From assembly GCA_000091205.1 (NCBI GenBank), contig AP006497.2: a DNA stretch of 64,000 bases; one strand, given 5' to 3'. The notes under the pieces are model-generated. The model searched no databases and had not been told where the DNA came from. It saw nothing but the letters and a program-made list of their open reading frames with translations. Both the position numbers and the translations under genes were made by a program. This DNA comes from Cyanidioschyzon merolae. Taxonomy: Eukaryota. This document shows positions 49,619 through 61,686 of the stretch, in pieces (the first letter of the stretch is position 1; every line of letters starts with the position of its first letter).

Positions 49619-52176
49619 TTAGACCGCTAGAAAATCGGCTCCTTGCGCAACAGCAGCGAAGACACTCCCGCCCGACCCAGAAGCACCTAGTCGACTCCGG
49701 CCGCGGAGAGAGAATGTCGCTTTATCCACTTGGTTTCGGAGCGAGCGTCTGCATTGGTGTTCGCAGTGGCACCACAGACAATCGTGACACGAGTCGTCGT
49801 TTTACGTAAACGAGCGCACCCTGGGATATCTGTAGCCGCAGGTCCTTTTTGCGTGTTTCTCTCGTTGGTACTCAACAAAATAGTGTTTTACATGAACTGG
49901 AGAAAGGTCGAGAACCGACTTTATAGTGTGAATACTAGGTGACGAAAAACGACTTGGCTTGTAAAGGTCAGTGATTCTAAGGTCAGCAGCTGGACGAACC
50001 ATCCTTGAGGTCGTCCGTATCAAGCAAGTCGTGCGCCCAGCACAGAACTTGGCGAAACCCGTACCCACCCAACTGTCTCCAGGTCAATCGGTTCAGCTCC
50101 ATACCTTATTTGATACTAACTATCAATGAAGCCACCGGATGTGAATCTTCCCTTTTGTTAACACAAACATGAGTAAAGACACAAGGACGAGCAAGAAAGA
50201 GACAGGCTTCTTTCAACGAGCGTCGCGCGTTGTGCGACCCATGCTCGGTTTCGCCGCAAAACGCATACACATCGGATACGAGTGATATTCGCCTTACTCC
50301 ATGAGACCTCTTTCCGCGGAAATGATAAAGCGCTTCATGGGTTCTCCAAAAACGGCAAACTACTGATTACAAAGCAGAAATACGAGAGAGGGAGGCCGTT
50401 GTCAGCCCAGCGGCGACTCAATGACACGGACGTTGACAAGTCGCAAAGCACGGAGGACCGTTCACCACCTCATTCCTCGTCGCAGTACTTTAGGACTGTT
50501 GCGTGCCACATTCACCTGCCCTGGTGTATGAGACTGCATCGCTTTCCAACAATCTAAAGCGTTCAAAGAGTACGCAGGTGAGACTGGCAATGAGCTGCTC
50601 TCCATGGAAGCCCGTTCTCTCTGATTCGATCCATTCGAGCGGTTTTCTTGTATTGTGAAATGCCTGTTAAACGCTCAAGGAGCACTAGACGAGTCCTTCG
50701 CATCTATGACAACGTTCTTCGAAAACTCGGTCTCTACCTTTACCAGACTTGCACAGTTGAGTCGGTTTTCTGCTCGTATGCAGGAGGCAGCGGAGAGGTG
50801 CGTTTCGGCATTTTTTGCGCGCTGACGGCGGTCAAGGTGGCGAGCGGGCACCCCACGACTAACACATACAAACATAGAAAAGGTAAACTTAAGTGCCGCC
50901 GCCCATTCAGTGCGTCTAAATCCCAAAGAAGAAACACGGATGTGGAGTAGAGCGATCAATTGAATGCAAAACCTCCGATGATCGTAAAGCCGGAAAACCC
51001 AGCAGACAAAGAAGCGAGCGATCCTCCCAGATAGGGGATCAGGAGCGGCACGAAAAAAGCCTGTTCAAGCGGAAAGATCCATCCGGAATCCTTGTCGACA
51101 CCTCACTACCAGAACATACGGACGGGGAAATGCCCCTAAAACGCAAGATCTCGGACTGCATTCGGGATCACGTAGCGTCTCTTCCCGGGGCAAGGCACGC
51201 TGAGCTTCGCCCGTCTTGCCGCACCTCATCAAGCAACTGTTCGTGTGAGTTTCGGACGCCGGGCCGACCCAGAATGTCCAACCAGCACACGTATGCATGT
51301 TGTAGGGTTTCCATCCAAGGCGATCTCGATGACATCGACGCTTCACGAGCAAAGATGGATGCTGGAACAGGTGGAGCAGAAACGTGTGAGATCGCGCTGA
51401 ACGCATAAATCGGTGTGAATCAGTTCTCTGAAGCTCACTTGACGAGGCAATCGAAAATGAGAGGCTTGCCACCGCATGATTCCATCAGCAACCGAGCATG
51501 CAAGCACTTGTCGCACCAGGACATGAAGGCCTCGTTCAAAATCCGGAAATGACTCTTACTGGCGGACTATCCAGCGGATTCGTATCCAGCGACTTTACGA
51601 GGAAATCCCAAAGCGTCTAGTCTAGGCAGAGTATTAGAATGCTGAACATTTTCAACGAAAAAATCAACAGTTCGGAGAGAGGGCATTGGATTACCGCCCG
51701 CAGCGAGGCACTGGTATGATACGTTAGGCAATCCGAGTATGCTGGAGCGCCCTGCATTTGTTCCGATACGAATTTCCTGTGCAAATGTTTGAGGATCATC
51801 GTGTTTCATGATTCCATGTAACTGAGCATACAATGACACAGCACCGCAGAGGGCAACTTCTCCGGCCCCAGAGAGAAATCTTTCCCGAAAGTGCTGCCGT
51901 CTCGCAGCAGCGCTTGGTACAGCGTTCCTGGACTTGAGAATGATTTGGATGCGCAGAGGCCACGCTAGAGCATATGATTGAGGGTGCGGCACCAGCCAAC
52001 GGACCGCGCAATGACGAGGATGCTTGCAAGCCTGCACCTCATTGCTGCGTGCAGGATGTACACCAGCACACGACATTTTGGTGCACGCGTGTGACTTGAC
52101 TGTGTTCGTAGAGCCTGGAGCAAGCGACCTGCACCACGTACAATAGAGCGTCTAGTACAGATCATGCTGTACGTCA

Positions 52177-54087
52177 TCACTTGGTCGGAGGGAGGACGCG
52201 CACCCGCTCCTGCCCAAAATGCGCCCGCAAAATGGGTTCCAGCTTGTTGCGATCGCCGAGAACCAAGGTTATTAAGGCATCATCATCGATGCGGTCTCGA
52301 GCCGCTTGTTGCAGGGAGCGCGCATCCACTCGTTCAATGCCTGCTCGTAATTGTTGCAGAAAGTCGTCGGGGTACCGATGGAACCGGTACAACACAAGAC
52401 GACGGAGCATTTCGCTCTTATTCGGAGCAAGCTGAAATACCATGCTATTCAAGACATAGTCTTTCGCATAGTTCAACGCGTCTGGCGAAACCAGCTCGTT
52501 ATCGAGTCGTCGGAACTCGGCCTGGATGCCCTCAACGAGCGCAGGCACCTGAGCGGTCTCGGTCTCGCCACCAGCGATGAATACCCCGGGATAGTTGTAC
52601 TTTGGCGACCACACGCCATATACCGAGTAAGCGAGACCTTTTCGTGAGCGTAGCTCATCGAACAGGCGTCCGCCGAGTCCATTCATGAGGGCGTTCATGA
52701 CATCCAGCGCAGGATAGAGTGGATCTCGTAGCGTGCCGCCGAGTTCGCCCATCGCCACCTGAGCCTGAGTGAGTCCCGGCTTCTCCACCAGCAGAACCAG
52801 CGACGCATTCGGGTTCGGCCGGGGCGCCGGTGCCAACGCCATTCTGGGCGGGTCGACGAGTCGCGACCAGTCACCAAACGTCTCTTCCGCAAGCCGACGA
52901 ACAGACGCTCGATCCAAATCGCCATACAGCACCAGAAAAGTATTGAAATCCGGTCCGAAATGATCCGCATGAAAACGAAACAAATCATCTCGTTCAATGC
53001 GATCGATGGACTCGTCGCTCGATTCGCGAGCAAACGGCGAGACGCTTCCGTAGACGAGCTTTGCAAACGTACGCCGGAGCACAGAGCTGGGTTCATCGTT
53101 ACGACGCGCGATGTTAGCGTGCTGGTGCTGCTTCACGAGCTCCAGTCTGGGTGCAGAGAAAAGAGGCGCTCGAACGAGTGAGCTGGCTGCCCGCAACACC
53201 TCACCTAGGTCCGATGGTTCGCACTGGAAAGCGATTTGAAATGACTTGACCCCCAGTGACGTTTCGATACTTGCGGCGCGATTCTCCAGGAAATCATCGA
53301 GCTCCTCGGGGCTATATGCTGCGCTACCGCCCTCTCGAATAAGAGCGGTAACCGTCTCCGCGAGCCCTACCTTGTTCGGCGGGTCCAGCCACGAGCCCGC
53401 CTCAGTGAGCAGAAAACCGCTGGTGAGCGGGACTTCATGGTCTTCGAGGATCAGAAGATGAAGGCCGTTCTTAAACGTCTCTTCGTAGATCGACTCTAGG
53501 GTTGGTAGAGCAGGTAGCGTCGGAAACGACAACGTTTCCCAAGGTGCGGGACCCGGTTCTGAACGCTCTGCGCTCACCTCAGTACACGGTTCCACCAGAG
53601 CGACAGCCTGATCAATGTCGTGGGAAAAATACGGGCTGAATCCAAGAAGGACAGAAAAGCCTATGACTGCGAGCTTGGCCAGCCTCTGCAAGGACGCCAC
53701 ATTAGGTCCAAGCTGCTTCCGTTCGGGCGTCGCGCAAGCTCGCCCCAGCCTCAATCTCGTTGCCGCAAGTTCATGTCGCCTTGTGAAGGGCGAAAAGGCC
53801 TCTGCTCGTACGAGCTTGCCACGGCCGAGTCGCTCTCTGCCTGGCGGGATCGCAACGAAAGCAGATTGCACGCACGCTCGCATAGCACTCCCTGCTACAA
53901 GTGTGCCCTTTGCACCACTCCAGCGACCACAAACAGTAATAGGTCTAGGGAGGCCGCGTTTTCCGACAAAAGATCCTTGTCCTGGCGAGATATTTAGCCC
54001 CGAGTACCTGACCTCACCAAATGATCGTGCCAGGTGCGCAAGCATGCGGCGACCCGTGCACGAGCGAGCATGTTGCTTGATGCGCAT
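52177..54087 (-). CDS. Peptidase M16 (insulinase/pitrilysin) family protein; HxxEH zinc motif not evident (inactive-type or divergent)
   Basis: 636-aa ORF. GLHLLILEDHEVPLTSGFLLTEAGSWLDPPNKVGLAETVTALIREGG is the M16 N-terminal domain. The C-terminal M16_C-like half has R/Y motifs. N-terminal signal-anchor (LAKLAVIGFSVLLGF). Confidence 0.7.
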   Translation of the reverse strand: MRIKQHARSCTGRRMLAHLARSFGEVRYSGLNISPGQGSFVGKRGLPRPITVCGRWSGAKGTLVAGSAMRACVQSAFVAIPPGRERLGRGKLVRAEAFSPFTRRHELAATRLRLGRACATPERKQLGPNVASLQRLAKLAVIGFSVLLGFSPYFSHDIDQAVALVEPCTEVSAERSEPGPAPWETLSFPTLPALPTLESIYEETFKNGLHLLILEDHEVPLTSGFLLTEAGSWLDPPNKVGLAETVTALIREGGSAAYSPEELDDFLENRAASIETSLGVKSFQIAFQCEPSDLGEVLRAASSLVRAPLFSAPRLELVKQHQHANIARRNDEPSSVLRRTFAKLVYGSVSPFARESSDESIDRIERDDLFRFHADHFGPDFNTFLVLYGDLDRASVRRLAEETFGDWSRLVDPPRMALAPAPRPNPNASLVLLVEKPGLTQAQVAMGELGGTLRDPLYPALDVMNALMNGLGGRLFDELRSRKGLAYSVYGVWSPKYNYPGVFIAGGETETAQVPALVEGIQAEFRRLDNELVSPDALNYAKDYVLNSMVFQLAPNKSEMLRRLVLYRFHRYPDDFLQQLRAGIERVDARSLQQAARDRIDDDALITLVLGDRNKLEPILRAHFGQERVRVLPPTK

Positions 54088-55562
54088 GGTGTACGCCTTG
54101 ACAAGACATGTCCAGTAATGGGTAGCTTACCGCTCAGCGCTTTGATCCGCGCACAGGCCATCGGATGGACGTTCAGGCAGCGATCGCGTACGCACATAGG
54201 ATTCTAGAAATTTGGCGACAATGCTGGAACTGACAGACAAGTGCGCAGGGCGCCTCCTGCAGTTGACCCTTACATGGCGCTTCTTGAGTCGTCGGGGTAA
54301 TGCAGTCTTTTAGGATTCGCTGATTACCGCCTGTAGGCCTGTTGGCTCACAATGGACGTCAGAGCGGCGTTAGACAAAAGGTCAGATTCGGGGCCTCATC
54401 GGCATGGAGGCACCTTGACCGATTGTCGCAGATGCCCAGCTCGCCTGCGCCTTTTGATTGCTAGCTGGTCAGCGTTTGCGTGCGCAGCACTGGTTCGTGA
54501 GCAGACCAACGCGTGCGCGCACTTTACACGAAAACATCACCGAATTGCATTTCGTGGCGAAGCAGCGGTGGCCCGTGGAAGCAAGAACTGCGGATGCTCG
54601 AATCGCATCGTCTTTTAGAGAGCTGCAGAATTTGGTCTGAATGCCCACGTTTGGGAGACACCCGGGCGTCGGCACTGCGGATGCACAACTGCTATCGTCA
54701 GGTACGGGCTGCCTTGGTCATTCACGGAATGCTTGGCCTTGAGGTCGGCACAGGAGCTGTCCGGAGCTCCATAGTATCGGCGAAAACCATCAGCAACCAA
54801 GTATCGCATGCACCCGCTTATTCGGGAATCGCGAACGCCACGGAATTGCTCCATCTCAGAATACCCGTGAATTCCTCGGACAGACGCAGACGCCAGCCGG
54901 CATGATGCCGCCGAGCTCGTAACGTACCGCCCGCATCGCGTAAACACCGTCGATTCGAAGCGGCTGTGGGGTTCGCACGCGTGTGCAGCGCACCGTCAAA
55001 AAGCCTAGCAAGCATGAGCATGGTGATGAGATACCCAAGTTGGCCGCATCAGGTCTCTCGGTATCAAGCCCGGAGCTGCCTGCATCAGGTGCAACAGGGC
55101 CACGGCAGGCTCCGCAGCGCTCGAACGACTCGAATAGCCGTTAGAGTGCCCCGGTGGTCGCAAACAGCACCCGCCGCATCACCAGAGATTTCATTCAATT
55201 CGATCCGCTGAAATGTCAGTGCGCAACACTGTCTGACCGCTGCGGTACCTGGCAGAGAAACCCTGCTCCGGGTACGTCGATACCCACCCTGGAGCCGGGA
55301 ATTCCCATACAGTACCATCGATCCTGTCCTGAAAAACAGCAGCCTCGCCTGCAAGTCGCCATTGCATTCGCAGCTGATTTCCATTCTTCTGATGGTGTCT
55401 GGTCGATGCATCAAGCCTTGGACCCTAGGAATGCGCGACGAGGATCAACAGCGGTAAAAGTATCAGTGATGCTGTTCATCTGGTGTCAGAAATGGCGATG
55501 ACCCCGTTGCCACTGCCACTGGTGTCATCCAAAGCACCGGGCGAACGTTGCGCGCTACCAGC

Positions 55563-56648
55563 ATGGGCGCATTCGTTCGTGCGAACGCTTCAGCGCTGTG
55601 CAGCTGCGCTCCATGTCGAAGTATGTTCCTATCATCTATATATGGAACAAACGATAAACCATCTTTCTTGGAACTTGTTTCACAGGAGCAGCTGCTGTTG
55701 GGCTTGCGACCGGCACTGGACCGAGTGCTCCACGGCCTGTGCGAACGGTTCTCCGGTCAGCACTGGTTACGGGCCCTGCACCGTCGCACTGACGAGCTCT
55801 GGTTGCTGATTCTGCTCGTCGTTGAAGGCCGCTCGCTTTATTCGAACGGAGCCACTGTTGCAGAGAGTTTTTACGGACTCCGAAGACGCACGAATGAAAC
55901 GTCCACACTGGCCTCGCGACCAAAAGAGGAGCACGGGCCAGCGCCTGGTCTGCCAGCGGCAGCGGTATGGAAAAGCGTTTTGGAAAGCGCAATATTGCCG
56001 TATTTGAGAACAAAACTTGACGCGTTGTATCAGGAATTTTATATCCAGGCTAGCCTTGGCTTAGACGGCTTCTGGAGCTGTTTTTGGAAGCGACTATTCC
56101 TCCGCCTCTACCCTTTCTTGCGAACGTTGGACCACTGCTTCGTGTTTCTCTTTCGTCTTCTCTATCTGTTCGGTCGAACCGAGTACTACAGCTGGCCTTT
56201 ACGACTTGAACGAATCGTTGTCGTGCGAGCGCCCTATGCCGCTGGGCTAGTCCAGGGGCGACCTGCGGCTACACTGCTGCAGCGGTTCCTGGACCGCGCG
56301 TTCTCTGGCGGCAAGCTCGCTCTTATAGTAGGACTTTACACGCTTCGTTTCGTGGACTGGTTTCGATCCAATTTAGAGCGCGAGCGCCGTGAGCAGGTTC
56401 GGTCCTTGCCTTTACCACCACCGCCAGAGCCTCTGGGTCCGCCGCAGACCCACGCGTGGACACCAGGCGCTTGCGCTCTTTGTCACAGAGCGGACTGCTG
56501 CGAGCCCTCTGTTTGTCTGGTCAGCGGCTTTGTTTTCTGTGACGCTTGCTTACGCGAGCATATTAAGATTCATCGGCGTTGCCCGATAACAAAGTTTCCC
56601 GCATCCGAGTTGGACATACGTCGGCTCTACTTCTCAGACGCTCTATGA
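55563..56648 (+). CDS. PEX12: Peroxin-12 (Pex2/Pex12 N-domain plus degenerate C-terminal RING)
   Basis: PSFLELVSQEQLL N-terminal motif. C-terminal CALCHRADCCEPSVCLVSGFVFCDACLREHIKIHRRCPIT matches the PEX12 zinc-RING pattern (SGYVFCY.C....CP.T). Confidence 0.7.
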   Translation: MGAFVRANASALCSCAPCRSMFLSSIYGTNDKPSFLELVSQEQLLLGLRPALDRVLHGLCERFSGQHWLRALHRRTDELWLLILLVVEGRSLYSNGATVAESFYGLRRRTNETSTLASRPKEEHGPAPGLPAAAVWKSVLESAILPYLRTKLDALYQEFYIQASLGLDGFWSCFWKRLFLRLYPFLRTLDHCFVFLFRLLYLFGRTEYYSWPLRLERIVVVRAPYAAGLVQGRPAATLLQRFLDRAFSGGKLALIVGLYTLRFVDWFRSNLERERREQVRSLPLPPPPEPLGPPQTHAWTPGACALCHRADCCEPSVCLVSGFVFCDACLREHIKIHRRCPITKFPASELDIRRLYFSDAL

Positions 56649-56949
56649 CGCGGTGATGCGCAGCGGTCTCTCGAGCGATGTTCCAACATCGTGCCCTCCA
56701 GACGTAATGCTCACTGACTAGCCATTATCGATAACCCAAGGCATGTTCCTGCCGTCGAGTTCCAGCTAGGGCCTCACATGCCTGCACAGAGGGTGTTCTT
56801 CGCGTGCCACAGCAGCACACCGCGGGTGCGCGGTTTGTCTCCGCACCAGCGAATGCAGACACCACAAGCGCTTGCGCAGAGCTCGTTTTCGGGCCTATCC
56901 AACGGCCTCGAAGAACGGTTGCCTCCGCATCTGCTCAGCAGGTACTCGC

Positions 56950-57444
56950 TTACGGTTCCGTGCTGCAGCGTTCAATAAAGTTCCTGGTTCGTTCTTGCAG
57001 CATTCGGAGCATGAACCGCTCACGCCGTAAGTGCTCGTGCGCGGAGCGGTTGGCCCCCGGCTCAAGCGTTTGTTGCTCGACAGCGTGAACGTCCATCTCC
57101 GAGATGTTTACCTCAAAGTTTGCCAGGTTCGCACGTTCCCGTGCTCTCTGCATGCGCTCTTTGGACAGTTCGAGGCGCTTCCGCAAAAGTTCTTCCAAGT
57201 TCGTTTTGTCCAGCTTGGCTGGCCAGTAGAAACCGTCCTGTGGTCCCACGAGGATCGGCTCTAGTCTACGCTCCTCCGGCGGATCAAGCTTCATCTTCCG
57301 TAACTTGAACCGGAACGCCCCACCCTCGTTGACAGTCCAGTTCACGAGCCGGAAAAAAGCCAAGGAACTCAAAGACCCCACGAGAAAGTATACAAGCGGT
57401 GCTCTCCAGGTCGATAGTCGCGAAGCCTCAGAAAACGCTCGCAT
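56950..57444 (-). CDS. Hypothetical small single-TM protein with K/R/E-rich coiled tail
   Basis: 164-aa ORF from an ATG. N-terminal TM LVYFLVGSLSSLAFFRLV. Confidence 0.35.
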   Translation of the reverse strand: MRAFSEASRLSTWRAPLVYFLVGSLSSLAFFRLVNWTVNEGGAFRFKLRKMKLDPPEERRLEPILVGPQDGFYWPAKLDKTNLEELLRKRLELSKERMQRARERANLANFEVNISEMDVHAVEQQTLEPGANRSAHEHLRRERFMLRMLQERTRNFIERCSTEP

Positions 57445-58504
57445 TTTCCAAAGAGTATACCTTTCGTTTATAGCTCATTCAGAGATGTACAGTAGAACAC
57501 AAGGTGCAACTGAAACAGGCATAGTGCGCCTTTACCTGAAACGAAAGCGAAACAAAATCGTTAGGCCGACGCAGGCACCTGCGGCGTGAAGCGCTGCAGC
57601 TGGAGTGGCGAAACGTTGCGGCTGTGGTACTGCCGCTGGACCCCGCAGGTGTGCGGGTGCGCTCCACCCACGATCACAATCATTCCAGTAGGAAACAGTG
57701 CGGATGAACCGTATAGTTCGCAGCGCATAGCTCGTTGGTAAGGACCAAGTTGGATACAAAAGCGCGTGCAGCATCGAGCATTAGTGTCAAAATCCAGCTC
57801 CGAAAGTCACCTGCTCCAGAGGAGTCCCTTGCACCAGGTGCCGGTCATACGAATTGCATTCAGAAGCAACACAAGCACCGTGCCAATGACACACACACAT
57901 GATGCACCAATGTAGGCATTGCGAGACCGTTACATTCTGATGCTGAGCCTTCTTGCCGCGTGCTCTGAAAAGCCAGGTCATTGGCGGTGGCTCTCGCGAT
58001 GAGGTTCTGCATGAAGCACCGCTCAGCGCTTTAAATGTACGGACAATGCGGTAATGGGATCCACTAAGGTTCCGCTGCAATGCATGTATTTCCAAGCCCA
58101 GTGCTCGGTGGTGTCATCCATGCAGTTGCTCTCCTGCACGGAAACGGAGACGCTGCGGCGCACAGCCACAAACGCTCTGGTACGACCTCGAGCGAAAGCG
58201 GCGATTGCATCATTCTACAGAAATCGGGCCAAAGCTGCTGCTCAACTTCAAACGCAGATGCAGCGATGTGCATACACAAGTATAAGCGGCACGAAAGACC
58301 TCGCTACTGGAGCGATCGCGTAACGAGGAACCCTACTGATCCGAGTACGAACCTTCGAGCACTCGACGTCCACGATACAGACCGACGGGGTCCCTGCTCC
58401 CGTGGCTAGTCAGTCCCCAGCAGCCAATATCCGCTGATATTGCTGGTAGCCAGCGAGACATCATCGGCAGAGACGCCGTCGCTCCGAGCTCAGACTGCTA
58501 AGCG

Positions 58505-59029
58505 TCAAGTGCTCGCGTTTTCATGGAACGTCAGGTCCGCCGATCCAAGAGCGACTCGTCTCTGGTATAGCCCGACGTATGGCATCACCATATAATGAAG
58601 ACGCATCGTGATGGAGTTGCCGCGAAGTGTTTCGTTCGGAAACGCACGCAACGGATATTTGGCTCTCTCACCTATGAGTCGGATAACTCGGCTGTCCCTG
58701 GATCCGACTACTTTATCCCACAGAGTAACTTGGCTCGACGCGTTTTTACTCTCTGCAACAATGAAGACATAGAGCTGCCGGTACGTACCTCTCCAGACGG
58801 GTTGGAAGTCAGCTTCCATATCTATGGAGAGAAACGCAGTTTCCGAGGCACGCGGTAAGTTACCGTGGAACCCCAGGATGCGCCCTCCAAAGTTCTTGAC
58901 TGTGATCTGTGGACATCGCGCCGTGCGCACTGCGTCTAACGCAACCTGCAGAGCCAGCAAGATCAAGAACCAGAAAAAGCAAGTAGCAGCGTAGGAAGTG
59001 AGGCGCTGCCTCCAGGTAGACGCAACCAT
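58505..59029 (-). CDS. SPCS3: Signal peptidase complex subunit 3 (SPC22/23, Spc3)
   Basis: N-terminal TM, then ..SIDMEADFQPVWRGTYRQLYVFIVAESKNASSQVTLWDKVV. matches the Spc3 conserved 'ADL..LFNWNTKQLFVY..AEY...NQVVLWDKII' block. Confidence 0.75.
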   Translation of the reverse strand: MVASTWRQRLTSYAATCFFWFLILLALQVALDAVRTARCPQITVKNFGGRILGFHGNLPRASETAFLSIDMEADFQPVWRGTYRQLYVFIVAESKNASSQVTLWDKVVGSRDSRVIRLIGERAKYPLRAFPNETLRGNSITMRLHYMVMPYVGLYQRRVALGSADLTFHENAST

Positions 59030-60963
59030 ACTGGACGCTACCAAAAACAACTGCGAATGAATTGCCGAACGATCACACGTTCCTCCTTGTGCGAATACGC
59101 TCGAGATCTCCGTTCAATAACGTCTGCACTGAGAGCAAAAAACGAATGACGCTGCTGGGCCCTGGTCGACCTGCGCCCAGCATTGACCAATCCTAGTTTC
59201 GCGGAGACGACTGCTGATGATTCGCGTTCGCGCCGCTGCCACGGCAACGCAGGGTCACAAGCTGCATCACCGATGCTGGAAAGGCACGTCCCATGCAAGG
59301 TCCAGCACATCATGTTCTCCAAGGGACGGCGCTGTACGAACCAGTTCCTCAGACGCAGTTTGTAGCTGCGTATCTGCATCGAGATGGATCGCTGGTTAGA
59401 ACTGGGGGACGCACTACACAACGCTGCCTGGCGTACGCTGGAACGCTTCACCTCGATGTGTGCAAAGAGGCGCGCAAATACCGGTGCAGTTCAGCCGGAT
59501 GGAGCTCGACGAATCGCTCGGTGGAAGCAGGTATCAGCATCTGCGATTCGAACGCATGTCAATGTCGAATGGAACGGGGTCTCCGACTCGAGCGTATACA
59601 CGAAAATTCGGGTCTCTTTCTCTGGTCTTCAGCACTAGCGTTTGCGGAACTGTTCTGTGACTGCTTCCTTTTCCTCTGTGTGGCCGTCGGCTTTCCGTAC
59701 GGTGTCCTGCTCTTTCCCTACAATGTCCTTCGTTCGCAGTGGAAGGGTTTCGGTGGCAGCGTTGAATTCCTGAATGCGCTGCTTCCGCCTGTTACCGATG
59801 CATTTCATCCGCAGGCGAAAGCGGCGACGTATGCCTCGCTTGCCATTTTCATCTGCATCGTATACAGCTGAAGTGCGCCTTACATAGCGGTGGCACGCAA
59901 AACTGGTCAGCTGCTCCCAGAGGTCCGCCATACATCCACATCTAAAGGCCACAGCGCGGCGCGTGGACGCTTGCTTTATCGCGTCATACGAGCGCTTGAC
60001 GAGCCCATGAAGATCCCCTGGATGCTCCCCGCCGTTTCTTCGCCCGGGGTCGTACACTGCGATCGCGGGCCTCTTCGGGGTGACGTTCTCGGTCAGTACT
60101 CTGTGCAGTGGAGACGCAAGCGTACAGTGTCCCATTCGATAGAGGATATCTGGAACGCAAGGTTGTCTATGATGGAAAGAGTACAGGAAGCAAAATCCAG
60201 CATGGAGAACAAATCGAGAAATTTCGATTCATCTATGCTACCCTCGCGCAAAGCGATGGTGCATTCTCGACTAGAGGCGATCGCAGCGACGACAGAAAGT
60301 CTCAGTCCAGGGCCCCCTTCCATGGAATCAGAATCGAGGAGAGCCTCTGGGGGCATATCCAGTGGGCGCGATGATGCTGTTGCGAAGTGTTGCCTCGCCG
60401 ATGCCCGCAAAGGGCGGATTGTATGCCTTTTAAAGGGATTCAATCATTTGAAGAGCCAAGTCCAGTGAACTTTCGACGTGCGCTTGTGAAAAAAGTCATC
60501 GGGAAACGACGCGGATTTTTTTCCGCATCCATCCTGCGGCGCGAATCGTTGTGCCGCAGAGGAGCCTCCAAACAGAGCGAGGGAAAAGTTGAAGAATACG
60601 TGATCTGACTCTTCCACATACGTACGGAAAGGAGAAGGGTGAATGCATGGAAGTATGCATTGGAGAGTGATATCGGTTATGTTATGAACTCAAGGGGCAC
60701 TGCCTCGGAGATGCCAATGGGAAATGACGACCAGGAATCCTAAACCTATGTATTACACCATGAGCGCTTATTCCTTCATTGAAATATTGGGGCGCTATCC
60801 CTAAAGAAAAGCTCGTGAAAAAACCAAGGCACGAACAGAGAAAGCAGTTCTCTTTCCGTTTCCATCCGACATGGGTGCAGGCAGCGGGTCCGTCGAGGTG
60901 GATAACCACGAGGATCCAGCGCTTCGTGCAACTCCACACGCTTGGGTCCTGGTCAAAGGCCCA

Positions 60964-61280
60964 CGTCGCAAAACGGCGCCAGAGTCCGCATCCAATAGCG
61001 GAACGGAGTCAATGTACTCTGGAATCGTTCAAGCTGCTAAGTTTCTCCATCGCTTGGTGCCCGTCGCAAAACGGCGCCAGAGTCCGCATCCAATAGCGGA
61101 ACGGAGTCAATGTACTCTGGAATCGTTCAAGCTGCTAAGTTTCTCCATCGCTTGGTGCCCGTCGCAAAACGGCGCCAGAGTCCGCATCCAATAGCGGAAC
61201 GGAGTCAAGGTACTCTGGAATCGTTCAAGCTGCTAAGTTTCTCCATCGCTTGGTGCCGCGCCGGCGAGTCCGCATGCACA
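60964..61280. repeat. 98-bp minisatellite, about 3.2 tandem copies
   Basis: The unit 'cgtcgcaaaacggcgccagagtccgcatccaatagcggaacggagtcaatgtactctggaatcgttcaagctgctaagtttctccatcgcttggtgcc' starts at 60964, 61062 and 61160, with a partial fourth copy. The overlapping ORFs are artefacts. Confidence 0.85.
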
Positions 61281-61686
61281 GCGCGTCGGAGCACAACCTG
61301 AAGACGACATACGACCGCTCGTTATGCGAAAAACTGCTTGAACGAACGTCCTTATGGGAGTCGATAATCGGTTGTATCTCTGAGCTGCATACGTACCAGC
61401 GCTACGGGCATCCATTGAATGCTCGGCACCCAAATGATCATAGGAAATTATCAGTATTCCCAAAGAGACCAATAGATTATAACCTGTAGAATTTTTTGCC
61501 GTATCTTGTGGAATAACGGATTCTTTCTTACGTGCTGGTAACAATCGCCGTCCGAGCGATGCCCTGGTGGTCGTGCACACGATCCTCCACTTTCGGCGCT
61601 CTGCGATGCAGCCGAAAATGTAGTGGCGGCGCGCTCCGTCTGGGCCTTTAAAGCACGTTTCGAACGAACAAAACCCGCTTACCAGG

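Noticed and set aside
51567-52076. Minus ORF 51567-52076 (169 aa) and other 150-190-aa ORFs at 45.7-47.6 kb and 59.3-60.5 kb
   Set aside because: No motif I can recognise by eye. They may be genuine orphan genes but cannot be supported from sequence alone.
60779-61301. ORFs 60779-61096, 60871-61194 and 61110-61301 with the repeated peptide QAAKFLHRLVPVAKRRQSPHPIAERSQ
   Set aside because: Direct translation of the 98-bp minisatellite; periodic, not a gene. Also not a CRISPR array: there are no unique spacers and the context is eukaryotic.
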